64,000 nucleotides of DNA. Origin: Camelus dromedarius. Its lineage: Eukaryota. The notes below the pieces were generated by a model. The model saw only the letters and a program-made list of their open reading frames with translations. It was not told the origin of the DNA and searched no databases. The first letter of the stretch is position 1. Each line of letters starts with the position of its first letter. Shown here piece after piece: positions 26,305 to 40,399 of this stretch. The position numbers and the translations under genes are program-made. Where the stretch lies: contig NC_087436.1 of assembly GCF_036321535.1 (NCBI RefSeq), positions 61,630,001 through 61,694,000 on the forward strand, read 5' to 3'.

Positions 26305-29300
26305 TCTCCTTTTCAAGTCTTGCTTTGATAGTCTACCAATTCAGTTTGAACTATTGCCTCCTGTTATTTTGTTCTTGGCCTTTGGGGGCTTTAGAAGAAA
26401 CTGAGAGAGGAAGAATCTCATTTTAAAATTGTTACTGTATGTTTCATATCCTCTTGTGTTTCCTATGTCTATATCCTATTTCTAAAAATCTATGAACTTC
26501 TTTCAACTAACCCAGTCTTATAAAATTTTAGATTTATGAACATACATTTTAAGAAGCCCGCACTATTTGGAGAGCAACATAACTTTAAATGTTGCTCTTT
26601 ACTTAGAAAACATTGAAGTTTGATAGAATGTCAATGGACAAAGTATTTTTAAATGGCTTCTTAAAGTACAAGTGTGATCCTGTCTTACTCCAAAAAGGAA
26701 TTAAATGAATGAATCAATGCTTTGATGACTGTCATTCAAAATGGAACCCATATTTTCTTCCATGTCCTAAGTGGAACTTGCTTGGATAAATGAGTCTGAT
26801 TGCCATAAGGCAGACATAGCAGAATCTGGAAGACATTTCTGTTACCTTTTACATCTACCAGATAGTGTTTAGAGACATCAGATATTTCTGTAAGTACAGA
26901 AGTCTGGGAGTTAAAAGCTTAAGCAGAACAAATAAAATGAGGGAATAGTGAGTAAAATATTCTTGTGGTGCAACATTAAATCAACATTCTATCTGAACTT
27001 TGTTAGCACCTAATTCATTTATCCTCAGTTGTAAAAAATAACAATGCTTTTAGGAATATGTAGCTGTGTGGTGCCTCACATTTGGTCTCATAGTGCCATA
27101 CAATGGGATATGGTCAGTGAATAGTTACAACATGGAAATTTAGGTATACCTCTGTATAGTAAAGTAAATAAATTCATTGATAATACATACTTTGGCAGAT
27201 AGCCTATATAGTTCTTAAGGAAAACTAATAAGCTGGAAACATAAACACTATTTAAGAATTAACATTGCACCTAGAATAATTCTTCATCAGTGTTCCTAAA
27301 TTTACGTTCCTTGTTGCATTCTTGCTTTATTCAGGAAGCTCAGTGAAATCCAGTGTGTAGAACACGTTCAGAAGGTCTGCAGTTTGTCAGATACTCTCAT
27401 ATTTTTCTCCTCACAGTGCACAGACTTCTGTAAACATGCAGTCTTCATAGATTCTTTTTGTCAAGAGCTTATTGGAAACAGAAATCTATTCTGTCTGCTA
27501 AACGTGAGGAACTGAGTTTCAAGTTCTGGCACAGCTATGCTGTCAACAAAATGTAATGACTGGGCTGATGTCCAGTGTTCTAATATTGACCTGGTTCTTT
27601 GAAATCCTAATAAAGTCAAGTAGCAATGACAGCTACAGCAAAAGGCATGCTTTGGACACCTTTATGTTTTGTGGGGACCCATATCAGTTTTCTGTGGCAA
27701 CATGTAATATGTACTTTATTGCCTGTGACATGTTAGCGCCAGGTTCCTGACAACTAACAGGCACTCAAACCTGAGGCATTGCATCGCCTTGGAAATCAGG
27801 CACTCAGACTCTGGTGCTCGGAGCTCACATTTCCCACTTGCATGAAAAGTTTAAATGCTGTGGGACCTGTGAAATGATTCAAATGATATTCGTAATAAAA
27901 CCTTTCTGATTTGAGTTGGAAACAGCTGAATTTTCTGTTAGAAGCTTGGGTTTGGGAAAGGATAGCAAGCGGTTTCTAGTTAACTCTCTCCCTTCAGGGA
28001 AGACTGACTTTAAAGAACATGTAGGTGTTTCAAACTACATCTCCGTGTTTCTTTTAAACTTTACATCCCCTCTGTTTAGAAGGTAATTCTTTAGTTTTTT
28101 TGTAAACTGGATGTCAGCTGAATTCATTCAGTTGGTTGAGATTTAATCAGGAATACTCATCCCACATACTCTGCAGACTGTCTCTAAGTTTCTGTGGGGT
28201 TCTAGGAGGTTACAGCCTTGTGGTTCCTTCTGTTTCTGAGTTCCTTCTGCTGACCTCTTATTATCATTTCTGTTTCCTTCTGTTTATAATACACTGAACT
28301 ATCCCCATACTTAATCTGCTACTCATACAAATCATTCCTACATGTAGTAGGTTTTACTGAGATTTTAGGGCAGCAGAAGGAATTCTATGTTGCATTTCTG
28401 TAAATTGTCTTATCCTAAAAAATCCTTTGTCCATTTAGCTACGGGGATTTTTCACTGGCTGTGTTCTACTTGTAGACAGTTGTAAAACAGCCCTTCACCA
28501 TGCAGCCTTCCCCTGTTCCCTTTTCTAGCTTTAGGAGTTTACCTTTTGCAAGATTGCTTAAAACTAGGTTTCTCCCCTTCAGTCTAGTTTTCCTCACCCT
28601 ATTTAGCTCACTTTCCCTAATTTTTCTTTGGGACTGTATTTTCATATCCAAAGACCTATCAGTGTTTCTGATAAAACAAAATGTCACCACTCTCTGTCTT
28701 GCCCCTTAGCAGACCCAAATGGTGGACAGTCTTTATTCCTCATTCCCCTTTAGTCAAGTTAGCAGAAATACAGACACTATTTTTGGACATTAATTTAAAA
28801 GTATATTTAGAAATATTTTAAACAATAATTTAGAAATATATTTTAGAAATATAGATAATATATACCCCCAAAGATGGACATGGCTATATTCTGTCAGTTT
28901 TGGGTTAAAATTGTCAAAGATCATGCATGTTACATTTGAAACTTAGTTTGAATTTTCTCTCCTGGTGAAAAATTAATACCTGCTACCATTTTTTTGGATT
29001 GAATTTAACCAATGTGAGCATTTGATTTTTGCATGGACCAGACTTGTAGAAAAGGAAAGATTAGAAATAGCTTTCTTAAATCTTTTCTTAATAATTATAC
29101 GTTAGATATATTAGTCTTTTAGGTTTGAATGAGAGCGCAGTTAAACACTACTGAATTATTTTCCAATTTCTGGGCCAAAGAATTGCCAATGCAAGAATAG
29201 TTTCAATGAATATTTCAAAACAAGCTAAAACATATGCTGCTATGGTGCTAGTCATCTTTTGAGATGTTCTGAGAGCTGTCTTTTTAACTATGCTTATTTC

Positions 29301-30869
29301 CAAGAAAAAGACAAGAGATATACTATTACATAGAAAAGTATTGCACAGATTCAGTCCTCCAGATTCTCAATAAATTTTCAATGAATCTGACAGGAAAGGC
29401 ATGAAACTTCTTTACGTTGCTTCACATTTGGTTATTTCAGTTGTGATTTGTTTTTGTTTATTCATTTATTATTTATTTCCCTTTTTGTTCCTAAAGACAT
29501 TATATTGCAAGATAATGTAAATTAGACACAAGAAAGAAGGGACAAAGAACAAAGCATATATGAGGCAAATAAAGAAATAAAGGATGAAGAACAAAGAAAA
29601 TAGAGGCAGGGAACAAAAAAACACATACAATGAAGCTAAGGGTAAGATTTGAACAAAATATCATACTTCAAAGTCTTAAAGGTATGTATACAAAGAAGTT
29701 GGTAAAAATGGTAATTTGAGGTAGTTCATTTGACTTTTTTCACATGGGGATAGGGGCATAGTTTGCAGATTTAATCCCAACTAGGTGCTCACAAATTTGT
29801 TGTTTGTTATATTAGTGTCACCTTGACATTAATTTAGAGAGACTTTTTTTTGATAGTGGCATAAGCAGAAGCTTAGAGAGGAGAAAGGAAAGAAAACTTC
29901 CAAATATTCTGTCTTTCTGGAATGTCTTCATTGTGTTCACATTTATCTGTAAAGAGTACTAGCAATGCTTTCTTTAGGAAAGCACGAGACATCACATGAT
30001 AAAACTTTGAGTGGTAAGAAGTCTTTGCAAACTCTCTTAAATTCAGTGACTCCTGGGTAGAAATACACTTTGAGTCATATGAAAAGAAAGTTACTTTGCT
30101 CTCTGAAGTCTGTTGGTATCTTTGAAGTGATTTTATGATTTTTTTTTTCTCTGAATCCCACTTACATCAGCTTTCTAGGGTTTCGGAGCCAAAGAGAAGC
30201 TGTCATTCAAATTAAAGGGGTAAACAAATTGAGAGAAAAAATAAATTAAATGTTTTTGATATATGCACTTGGCTGATTGATATAGCAGCAAAATTAAAGA
30301 CGTGTTATATTAACTATTAATAGTTTAGGACTCATTGATAATATAACATGAAAAAACAGGATGTGTATGTGGTTGTGTGTGTATGTGTGAGTCTGTATTT
30401 GATTAATTAAAAGCTCTGTTTACATACTATAGGATGGATGTGCATGGATATGTATATGATAAATTATCCTTTTAATTGTTATAGAAATGATTAGTTTCAT
30501 AGGGAACCACTCCAGAAAAAAATTAGTATAATTTAAAATTTAATGCACATATTTTAAATATAATATAATTAGTTTCTGATTTTAGATAAAAGTCTATCAT
30601 ATATACAAAATGCAATTAAGTCTTTTCTCTTTGTGTTTAAAATACTGCTTCTTAAAGGGACTATAGCAATTAAGAATGTGTGGGGATTCAGGACAAGTGT
30701 GTTTATATCCCTTATTTTTTTAAAGGGCAAGACTAAGAATGGCCTAAATCTGTAATATTCTCTTATCTACTAACTTTAATAAATTATTAAAATCCAGTTT
30801 TGGTTTTTCATTTTAAGAAATTTTCTGCATATACCAGTCAAAGCTTGTCTCCTTTAATAGCTAATATTA

Positions 30870-31018
30870 TAAACTTGGCCAACTTATATGACCTCTATGT
30901 ATATTGACTCAACTGTAACATAAAGATGAAAATAGTGCCTATTTGATGAGGTTACAGTGGAGATTAATGGGAATACTTGAAAGAGTACCAGCTACATGCA
31001 CATTAGTTACTATTATTG
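30870..31018 (+). mobile_element. MIR fragment
   Basis: ctcaactgtaacataaagatgaaaatagtgcctatttgatgaggtt...gattaatg...ttagttactattatt. Confidence 0.6.
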
Positions 31019-32944
31019 CTTTGTTACTTAATAAATAGAGATGAATTCATATGATGATTTAGGTATTTTCTTGGGAAACATTCTATGAGACAATTGGGTC
31101 TTCCTATGGTGCATGGTGTAACCCAGCTCTAGAGGAAACATCTTTGGTGCCTATGTGATGCACCTTACCTTGTAAGACTGAAGAGTAATTAAAGTTTATT
31201 TCTTGGGCTGAGAGTTTTCTAAGACTGTTGACCATTTACCTGCTCTAAATTTGCATTCTTCCTATGAATGTAACCAAACCCGCACCACGTGGAATGACTT
31301 TGCTTTGTATATCACAGACTAGTGATTAACTATTGACCCTGTCTATCAATATCATTCCTAAAATCTTTCCTCTGCCCTGCTGTCCTTCACTTTGAATACA
31401 AACGGTGCATTTCATGTAATACATTCTTCTGTTTCTTATTTTGTGGGCTGCTGCTTACATGGGGGTTTGGTTTACATATTTTTGTGTGAGTGTTTTGTAA
31501 AATTCACTGGTACTTCAGTTTTAGACGTTTAAAACAAACAATTAACTTGCAAAAGTTATATATACTGGCATGCCTTAGACTCTGCTGTGGGGATTATATT
31601 GCAGGCAGAGATAAGAATTTCACTGGAATTCTGTTTTACATGATAACGTAGCACTGTCTCAGTGGTAGGAAGAGCAGCAAAGGAAAAAATATATTGTATT
31701 CAATTTCAACTTGTATAGACTTCAGTTTAAATCAGCTAATGTGGAAAATTTTTGGTGAACTTGCTTTGAATCCTTATTTGTTTGATTATTTACTTACTTT
31801 TATATACGCAACAAGAAGCCTGTATTTAGTATATACTATTAAAAATATTGATTCAAACTAGGAATCAATGGAAATCTTAAAACTCTTCATAAATTATTTA
31901 TTACAATAAAATTTAGAGCCAATAAATAAATAAATAAATAATAAATAATTTAATACCATATTACAAAGGTAATATTTTTTACCATTCACAAAATACCATA
32001 ATTAGAGTTTCTTTAAACTGAATACATTCACTTGTACATAGATGAGAAATGCAATTACTTTTTTAATCCTCATAGGGATAAAATATGCTGGGCAGATTTT
32101 GCTTTTTAATTACAAAGGAAAAGATTATTTCTAAGCAGTTTTCTAGATTCTAGTCCTGGACAACTTTTTGCTTAATTCTTTTTGTAGAAGGACAAATAAC
32201 TTCACAAGTAGGCCCCTTAGAAATGTGTTGTTATAGTCAATTTTAAAAACACAGAATGTTTCCTTCAGACAGCCTTTTAAAAGGTACTATCATAAATCAC
32301 ATGACCTTTATTTTCATATCCATATAAAATTCCAAGAAACCATTGTGATACTGAGAAGCACATCGATAAGGCAGTGTTAAAAATAACAATGAGAGAAGTT
32401 TAGTAAATGATAGAGGGAAATCAAAAGATAGCCTTTACAATGTTTCTGATATACAAGGGGAAAAACAGAATATAATATGCAAATACTGTCCAATAATATT
32501 AGATGGTAGTGTATAGTTTTGTAATTTCCACAGGTAACATGATGAAACTTTCTGTTTTAGTTTAAGAAAGTCATTTTCTCTGTCTCTCTGCTTCACATGC
32601 ACACACACACATACACACACACCTCGAAGTATTTTTCCATTGCTTCTGTTGTTCAGTGCTGCAGTGTCTGCTCTTGGTCTGTCTAACTCCTTTATCTTCC
32701 TTTGACTTGTTGACCTCAGCTCTAACTTGTCTAAAGTCCCTTCTAGGAGTAAAATTCTTTGATTCTGTGATCCTGTTTCCGTTTATCACACATCAGCTGT
32801 GTTTATATATTCCCAGCCAATGGAGGTAGAGATAATTTTAGATTCCATTTTTATTTCTTTTTCTAGTCTACTGATTTTTCAAGAACATATAGTGTGACAG
32901 AAAAATCATAGGATATACATGGTGAAAAACAGAATAGATGCATT

Positions 32945-33370
32945 TTATTCACTTATTCATTTCCAAGTCATTGCTTTCTATGTGCCAAGCATTGCATTGG
33001 ATACTAGAGACACAGACAAGACTTAGTTGAAATTCAGGCCACCAGAAAGCTCTCAGTGAAGCAGGGTCAGGTAGACACATAAACAAGTATAAATGCAATA
33101 ATATTATAAGTGGCTTCATCTTGAAAGATGAGTGGACTTTTGTCATGTGCTGAGAAAGTCATTCCTGGCACAGGAAGATATGTGAGCAATAAACATAGGT
33201 GTGAAGCTGCTGAGTGTATTAAAATAATTCAGTTCAGCTGGAATGTTAGAGAGGGCCTCCCATGTGGAGGAGTCAGGCGTTGATCATATAAAATATTGGT
33301 CTCTTATGTGTGATGAATGCAGATGTTTGCTTAATATATTCCTTCAGAGTATAGAACTTCTATATAACAT
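32945..33370 (-). mobile_element. L2 3' end
   Basis: ttattcacttattcatt tail followed by ctatgtgccaagcattgcattggatactagagacacag. Confidence 0.7.
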
Positions 33371-33741
33371 TATATCATTCTTTAATTTTTATTTTAAAGT
33401 ATGCTGCATCATATATATGTATCTAACTTGTAAGTAAATAAATATACCATGTTGGGAGTATGCTTAAAAGTTGTTAAGGAGCAGATGGATGTGCAACCAA
33501 AATGTTTGGAGATGACTACTCTAGGATTTAGAGCCTTTGAAGAGTTTTAAACTACAGTGATCTGTTTGGCATTGTAGAAGGGGCCAATTAAATTGTTAGG
33601 AATTACTGAAATCATACATTTAAAAACTAAGCACTATGTATTATATAGCAAGTGGTCAGTAAAGTTTATTTGTTGTTGTTGTTGTTGTTGTTATTATTAT
33701 TGTTATTATTAGCATCATCCATGGTAGTGGTAGGTATAAAG

Positions 33742-33969
33742 AAAGTGTAGCTTAGAGGAGCTAATACTGGCTTTGGCATCCGGCAGGCTTGAAATCTGGC
33801 TCTGTCAACTATGAGTTTTTGGCAAGATACTTAATTAAGCTTTCAGAGGCACAGTTTCTTCATCAGCAACATAAAGATAATAATTTCCACCTTACTAGTT
33901 TGTGGTGAAGATTTCAGATAATGCGTTTGAAGGACCTGGCATAGGCCATGGTCAATACTCAATAAATAC
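33742..33969 (+). mobile_element. MIR SINE
   Basis: ggcaagatacttaa...cagtttcttcatcagcaac...gtggtgaagatttcagataatgcg...actcaataaata. Confidence 0.8.
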
Positions 33970-35426
33970 TTTTAAAAGAAACAAAGATATTGCAATCACA
34001 ACATAATTGCTGTCTTCTTATTCAGAAGACTTTGCTGCTTGTTTCTCTTTCCTTATTTATTTGAATTTGTATACATTTCCACTGCTCTTTCAAGTCCTTG
34101 ACTTTTACAGATGACAGTGGTAAGGGAAATGTGCTTCTGTTTCTCCTAAAAGAAATACATCCTAATGGTCTTATACTTCATTTGCAAAAAATATAAAATA
34201 ATATATTCACATGCAATATTTTACATAATGGAAAGAGATTTCAATCAACGTGATTCCTCTCTTGACAATGTTCACACTCTTAAACATATTATGAAGAAAA
34301 CTGCCTTCTTTGGCTTTTACTCAGACTTTGTAAATAAGAATCAGTTTGGCCTGCATTTCAGTAGCTTGGGTTAAGTCCTTGGTGACTGATGTCTGTATAG
34401 AATTGTGTCTTAATAATCTTATGACAGTAAGGATAAGTTAGAATATTTCCCTGATAAAGTGGATAATTTCAAAGAGTGTAAAACACAGCTGTGTTGAACC
34501 TCTCTTCCTTTCGTCTTTTATGTGAATATGTTGAAGTCATTTTGGCTCAACTGCATAATCTGCATATTTGGGCCATGATGTAGAAAGCAGACTTTTAAAA
34601 TTGTGAACTAGGCATGACTTTATTGAATAATTTATTATTCTGTGTAGGTGTTATCAAAAATAATCGGTAAAGATCAATTACCTGTTAAAAACTTAAGTAA
34701 TTATTTGTGGCTGACATCACATGGAATTTGAGTATAGTATATCCCATGATTCCATAAAGAATTTTAACTTGATATACTTTGAAAATAATTTATTTTGTCA
34801 AGATTACTAATATGTGGGGGAAAAGCAAATGTTTCAATTCAGCCTTAAGCAGAAGGTGTAGCAGAAGCAAAACCAGGCCTCAGTCACAATTGAAGGAGAG
34901 CCTTACTAGAAGGGGAATCTGTTAACACAGGTGTTTTCAGAAGCCAAACTTTGGGGATAATTTCATCTTGGTAAGTAGATAAATATTTTTACATAGCTGT
35001 AATTATAAAATGTAAGTCATCTTTATTTATTCTACTTCTTAGCATAAAGTTGAGTCTATCTCAAACTGTATGCTAAAAAGGACAAAGTTATTTTTCTGTT
35101 AAATTGAACATTTTGTATAACGGTTTCAAAAATCTTGCTTTGTAGATGTGAAATAAATAGGTTTTTTTTGTTTTCATTTTGCTTTTTGCTACAGACACCA
35201 CATTTGTTAAAATGTTTATTGTAGTAAACTGTTCTCTCAAAATTGTAAACTACAGTTATGATAGGAGATTGAATTCAACCATTTATCTGGTGATAATTAA
35301 CTATACATAACTAACATTTCTAACTAATCCAACATGTACAAAAGGCACATTTTCTTCTTTAAAATTGCCCTTAAAAGCCAAATAAAGTGACTAATACATT
35401 AACTTTAAAATGTAATACAGAATCCT

Positions 35427-35500
35427 TACACCAGAAACTAACACAATATTGTAAATCAACTATAATTCAATAAAAACAAAAACAAAAAATAACAAAAAAC
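35427..35500 (+). mobile_element. Very short L1 3' terminus with A-rich tail
   Basis: tacaccagaaactaacacaatattgtaaatcaactata + A tail; imperfect TSD aatacagaatcct / aatacaaaatctt. Confidence 0.8.
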
Positions 35501-35679
35501 CCCACAATACAAAATCTTAGTTTCTGATGAACGGGGAACTACTTTGTTCAATGCTAATTGTGGGGCTAATATTGCAATATTTAAAATTTGAGAACAACTC
35601 TAAAATTTCTTATTCTAAATTTAAAAATATTTTGGATATATTTTAGGATAAATAAAATAAGCAATTATGGGGATATTAT

Positions 35680-38600
35680 TTAGAAATCCTGCTAAATACT
35701 TTACTACTTCTAATAATTTACTTCTAGATTTTATGTACTGTATATACATTTATATCTTCCTTCACATACTGAAAGTCATGGTTACACCTTTTCATTCTCT
35801 AGACATTTTATTTGTCTTTCTTTTTTCACTGTACTGGCTAATAGCTTTGGAGCACTGTTGAGTAGAATTTGTGGTGGTGAGTATCATTATCTCTTTTTCT
35901 TATTTTAAAAAGAATGTTTCTAGCATTTCACTATTAAATATGATGATGATTTACATTTTTAAGATTTCCAGTAGATACCTTTCCTCATATTCTTAGTTTT
36001 CAAATTGTTTGGTTTTACCACAAACAAGTATTGAGTTTTTATTGAAACATATTCCTACTGTTTAGTGAGATCCAAGTATAGTTTTTCTCCTTCAGCCTGG
36101 AAATTAGGTGAATTTTCTTTAATAGATTTAAAAAATATTAAAGTAACATTTCATTTCTGTATAAGACCGAGGTGGGCATGACATATAATTTTTTTAAAAG
36201 TTTGCTTAGTATGGTTTGTCATTGCTTTTTTTTTTTTTTTTTCAGGATTTTATGTCTGTTATCACCATGTGATTTTCCTTTCCTGTACTGTTTTTGTTGG
36301 TTTTGCTATAAATGCTATATCATTATTTTATAAATAAGTTGGTGTATATTTTCTCTCTTCCCATAATATAGAAGTATTTGTATTAGATAGAAGTAATCTT
36401 ACCTTCAAAGTATAAAACAGCCAGAGTCTAGTGGTATCCTGGTGTAAGATTGTAATTACAGTTCTTTTTTTTTTTTTTTAACATTTTTTATTGATTTATA
36501 ATCATTTTACAATGTTGTGTCAAATTCCATTGTAGAACACAATTTTTCAGTTATACATGACCATATATATATTCATTGTCACATTTTTTTCTCTGTGAGC
36601 TACCATAAGATCTTGTGTATATTTCCCTGTGCTATACAGTATAATCTTGTTTATCTATTCTACAATTTTGAAATCCCAGTCTATCTCTTCCCACCCCCTG
36701 CCCCCTTGGCAACCACAAGTTTGTATTCTATGTCTGTGAGTCTATTTTTGTTTTGTATTTATGCTTTGGTTTTTTGGTTGTTGTTTTTTTGGGTTTTTTT
36801 TTTTGTTTGTTTTGTTTTTTTAGATTCCACATATGAGCAATCTCATATGGTATTTTTCTCTCTCTTTCTGGCTTACTTCACTTAGAATGACATTCTCCAG
36901 GAGCATCCATGTTGCTGCAAATGGCGTTATGTTGTCGGTTTTTATGGCTGAGTAGTATTCCATTGTATAAATATACCACCTCTTCTTTACCCAGTCATCT
37001 GTTGATGGACATTTAGGCTGTCTCCGTATCTTGGCTATTGTAAATAGTGCTGCTATGAACATTGGGTTGCAGGTGTCATTCTGAAGTAGGGTTCCTTCTG
37101 GATATATGCCCAGAAGTGGGATTCCTTGGTCATATGGTAAGTCTATTCCTAGTCTTTTGAGGAATCTCCATAGTGTTTTCCACAGTGGGTGCACCAAACT
37201 GCATTCCCACCATCAGTGTAGGAGGGTTCCATTTTCTCCACAGCCTCTCCAGCATTTGTCATTTGTGGATTTTTGAATGATGGCCGTTCTGACTGGTGTG
37301 AGGTGATACCTCATTGTAGTTTTGATTTGCATTTCTCTGATAATTAGTGATATTGAACATTTTTTCATGTGTCTATTGATCATTTGTATGTCTTCCTTGG
37401 AGAATTGCTTGTTTTGGTTTTTTACCCATTTTTGGATTGGGTTGTTTATTTTTTTCTTATTGAGCCGTATGAGCTGCTTATATATTCTGGAGATCAAGCC
37501 TTTGTCGGTTTCATCTGCAAAAATTTTTTCCCATTCTGTAGGTTGTCTTTTTGTTTTACTTATGGTTTCCTTTGTTGTGCAGAAGTGTGTACGTTTCATT
37601 GGGTCCCGTTTGTTTATTCTTTCTTTTATTTCTTCTAGGAGAAAATTTTTGAGATGTATGTCAGATAATGTTTTGCCTATATTTTCCTCTAGGAGGTTTA
37701 TTGTATCTTGTCTTATGTTTAAGTCTTTGATCCATTTTGAGTTGATTTTTGTATATGGTGTAAGGGAGTGTTCTAGCTTCATTGCTTTACATGCTGCTGT
37801 CCAGTTTTCCCAACACCTTTTGCTGAAGAGACTGTCTTTATTCCAATGTATATTCTTGCCTCCTTTGTCAAAGATAAGTTGACCAAAAGTTTGTGGGTTC
37901 ATTTCTGGGCTCTCTATTCTGTTCCATTGGTCTATATGTCTGTTTTTGTACCAATACCATGCTGTCTTGATTACTGCAGCTCTGTAGTATTGCCTGAAGT
38001 CTGGGAGGTTATTCCTCCAGCCTCTTTCTTTCTCTTCAGTAATGCTTTGGCAATTCTAGGTCTTTGATGGTTCCATACAAATTTTATTATGATTTGTTCT
38101 AGTTCTGTGAAATATGTCCTGGGTAATTGAATAGGGATTGCATTAAGTCTGTAGATTGCCTTGGGCAGTGTGACCATTTTGACAATATTGATTCTTCCAA
38201 TCCAAGAGCATTGGATATCTTTCCATTTTTAAAGTCTTCTTTAATTTCCTTCATCATTGGTTTATAGTTTTCTGTGTATAATTCTTTCACCTCCTTGGTT
38301 AGATTTATTCCTAAGTATTTTATATAATTACAATTCAATTTCTTTAATCATGATGCCTTAAGTCAATTGTTCCAAGCTGTACTAGGCTACCAGGACATTT
38401 GAAGGTAGTAGTATTTTGGCAATTGTGCAATATAGGACTACATAGACATTCTATTTTAAAATCTTTACTGTGGCTGTAGTCATTGACTCTTGTTTATGTG
38501 TGCTTTCTGTCCTTTTACTTAATCAGTGTCACTAGAAGTTTGCTTATTATTCATTTCAAAGAATCAATTTGTAGTTATTTTATCTTACCTGTACTATGTT

Positions 38601-39780
38601 TTGCTATTTAATTTATTCCATTGTTTTATTTGATGTCAGTTGTTTTCTTTGGATTTGTTCTATTCTCCTTACAACTAAACTTGGATGGCAGGCTCCTAAT
38701 TTTATGGCTTTCTTCTTTTCTACTATAAGAACACTTTAATGTTTTTTTAAGATATCTTCTTTGACCTATGAATTATTTGGAATTGTAATTTTAAATTTTC
38801 AAATTTAGTCATCAGTTGATTTAGTCAGATAATATGTTACTGATTCTTTGAAATTTTTTCAGATATCTTTGTGGCTTAATATACCAAATTATTAATCTAA
38901 TGTTCAATTTTTTAAAATGTTCCATGTGTTCTTGAGAGGGAAGGCTATAATCTGTGAGGTGCAATGTTCAGTGTATGTTGATTAGATCAAGATGATAATT
39001 ATATTGTCCCAATTTTCTACATTCATACTAATTTAATTCATACTTTTAAAGGATATTTTATTAGGTGCATATGTTTAAAATTTTTAAGATTATATTGTAA
39101 AATGAAGCTTAATCGTTAAAAACCCTATATAGCTTTAATAATGCTTTATGTTTAATTGTGTGATATTAAACTGATACTGACATAAATAGTCCAGTTATCT
39201 TTTGGTCCTTATTTTCTCAGTTTGCCTTATCTAGCCTTTTACTTTCAACCTTTTCAGGTTCTTATGTTTCACTTGTCTCTTCAAAGTCATATCTAGCTAT
39301 AGATATGCAATGCATAAATATTTTATCTAGAAATTAGATCTGAAAATCTTTGTATTTTAACTGGTGAATTTTGCTCATTTATATTTTGTATATGGCTTCA
39401 TTTTTAACATATTATTTCATTCTCTCTATGTACATCATTTGTCTATGTGTCTTTTCTTCCCTCTTTCTTTCTCTTTTTAGAATAGGTTATTCTTTAATAT
39501 TCTGATATGTTTCCCTCAACTGGATTTGAATTTCTGTACCTTCTTTTAGTAATTTTTATTACTACTCTTGAAATTTTACCATAAATACTTAATTACAAAG
39601 CTTAAAGTTAATGAATTTTTTCCTCACCACAAAATGAAGCAAGAACCTTATTATTATTTTTAATTCTTATAAACTCTTATTAAGCTTTACAAGTTATGAT
39701 TTTTCTAGGGTTTTACTTTTAGCCTTATGCTTTAGGTTTGTTTGCAGTCTTTGACTCTAATTGTCCTTGCTACTAATTTT
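35680..39780 (-). mobile_element. Old L1 (L1MC/ME-like) ORF2 relic hosting a young L1
   Basis: Reverse ORF2 motifs (ctagcatttcactattaaatatgatg, ttctttgacctatgaattattt, ttttactttcaacctttt) on both sides of the young insertion. Confidence 0.7.
36465..38322 (-). mobile_element. Young lineage-specific LINE-1, 5'-truncated (~1.86 kb), same family as 6101-7181
   Basis: Poly-T at 36465-36479; ORF2 pieces [39 protein letters not shown]...[15 protein letters not shown] broken by frameshifts/stops; TSD taattaca(g/a)ttc at 36453 and 38325. Confidence 0.97.
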
Positions 39781-40160
39781 TAATTTCTGATTCATAGACT
39801 GTATTAAATCTTTTTTTATCTGATACTTCGCTAAGCATTATGGATATGAGATTAAAAAGATGGGATCCATGCCATCAAGAAGTTTTACATTTGACTGAAA
39901 ACAGTGTGATAGAATCTTCATTAAAGAACTTCACTAAGAATGATGTGAGCACAGAGGATAATGTAACTAATTTACTAGGATTACATATTACATTTGATTA
40001 TTGTTGTTTTTACAAATAATGGTTTTAGATTTATTTATATTTTTATGGATATATTTTTACTCACAATTCCTTCTTATATATAAATTTTTTCCATGTGGTT
40101 AATTATATTGTAAATAGATAGTTTTATTCCCCCCTTTCTGTATGTTTTTTATTTTGTTTC

Positions 40161-40396
40161 TTTTTATTTATTTAACTATAGTTGATTTACAGTATTGTAT
40201 TAGTTTCATGTGTGCAGCTTCAGATTCTTTTCCATTATAGGTTATTATAAGATATTAAATGCAGTTCTATGTGCTATACAGTAAATCCTTGTTGTTTATC
40301 TATTTTATGTATAATGGTGTATATCTATTAATCCCATACTCCTAATTTATCCCTCCCCCTCCCCTTTCCCTTTGGTAACCATAAATTTGTTTTCCT
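40161..40396 (-). mobile_element. LINE-1 3'UTR fragment, cetartiodactyl type
   Basis: tatagttgatttacagtattgt...gtgctatacagtaaatccttgttgtttatc...ccctttggtaaccataaatttgttttc. Confidence 0.88.
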
Positions 40397-40399
40397 GTT

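Noticed and set aside
34843..34970. Exon-like segment ending at TTG/gtaagt
   Set aside because: Weak acceptor and stops in all three frames.
37322..37882. 186-aa + strand ORF (also 6947-7303, 6152-6445, 36517-36885)
   Set aside because: Antisense shadow ORFs of L1 sequence.
37213..37902. 229-aa ORF as a functional CDS
   Set aside because: Fragment of a 5'-truncated, frameshifted L1 ORF2 with no promoter or ORF1.
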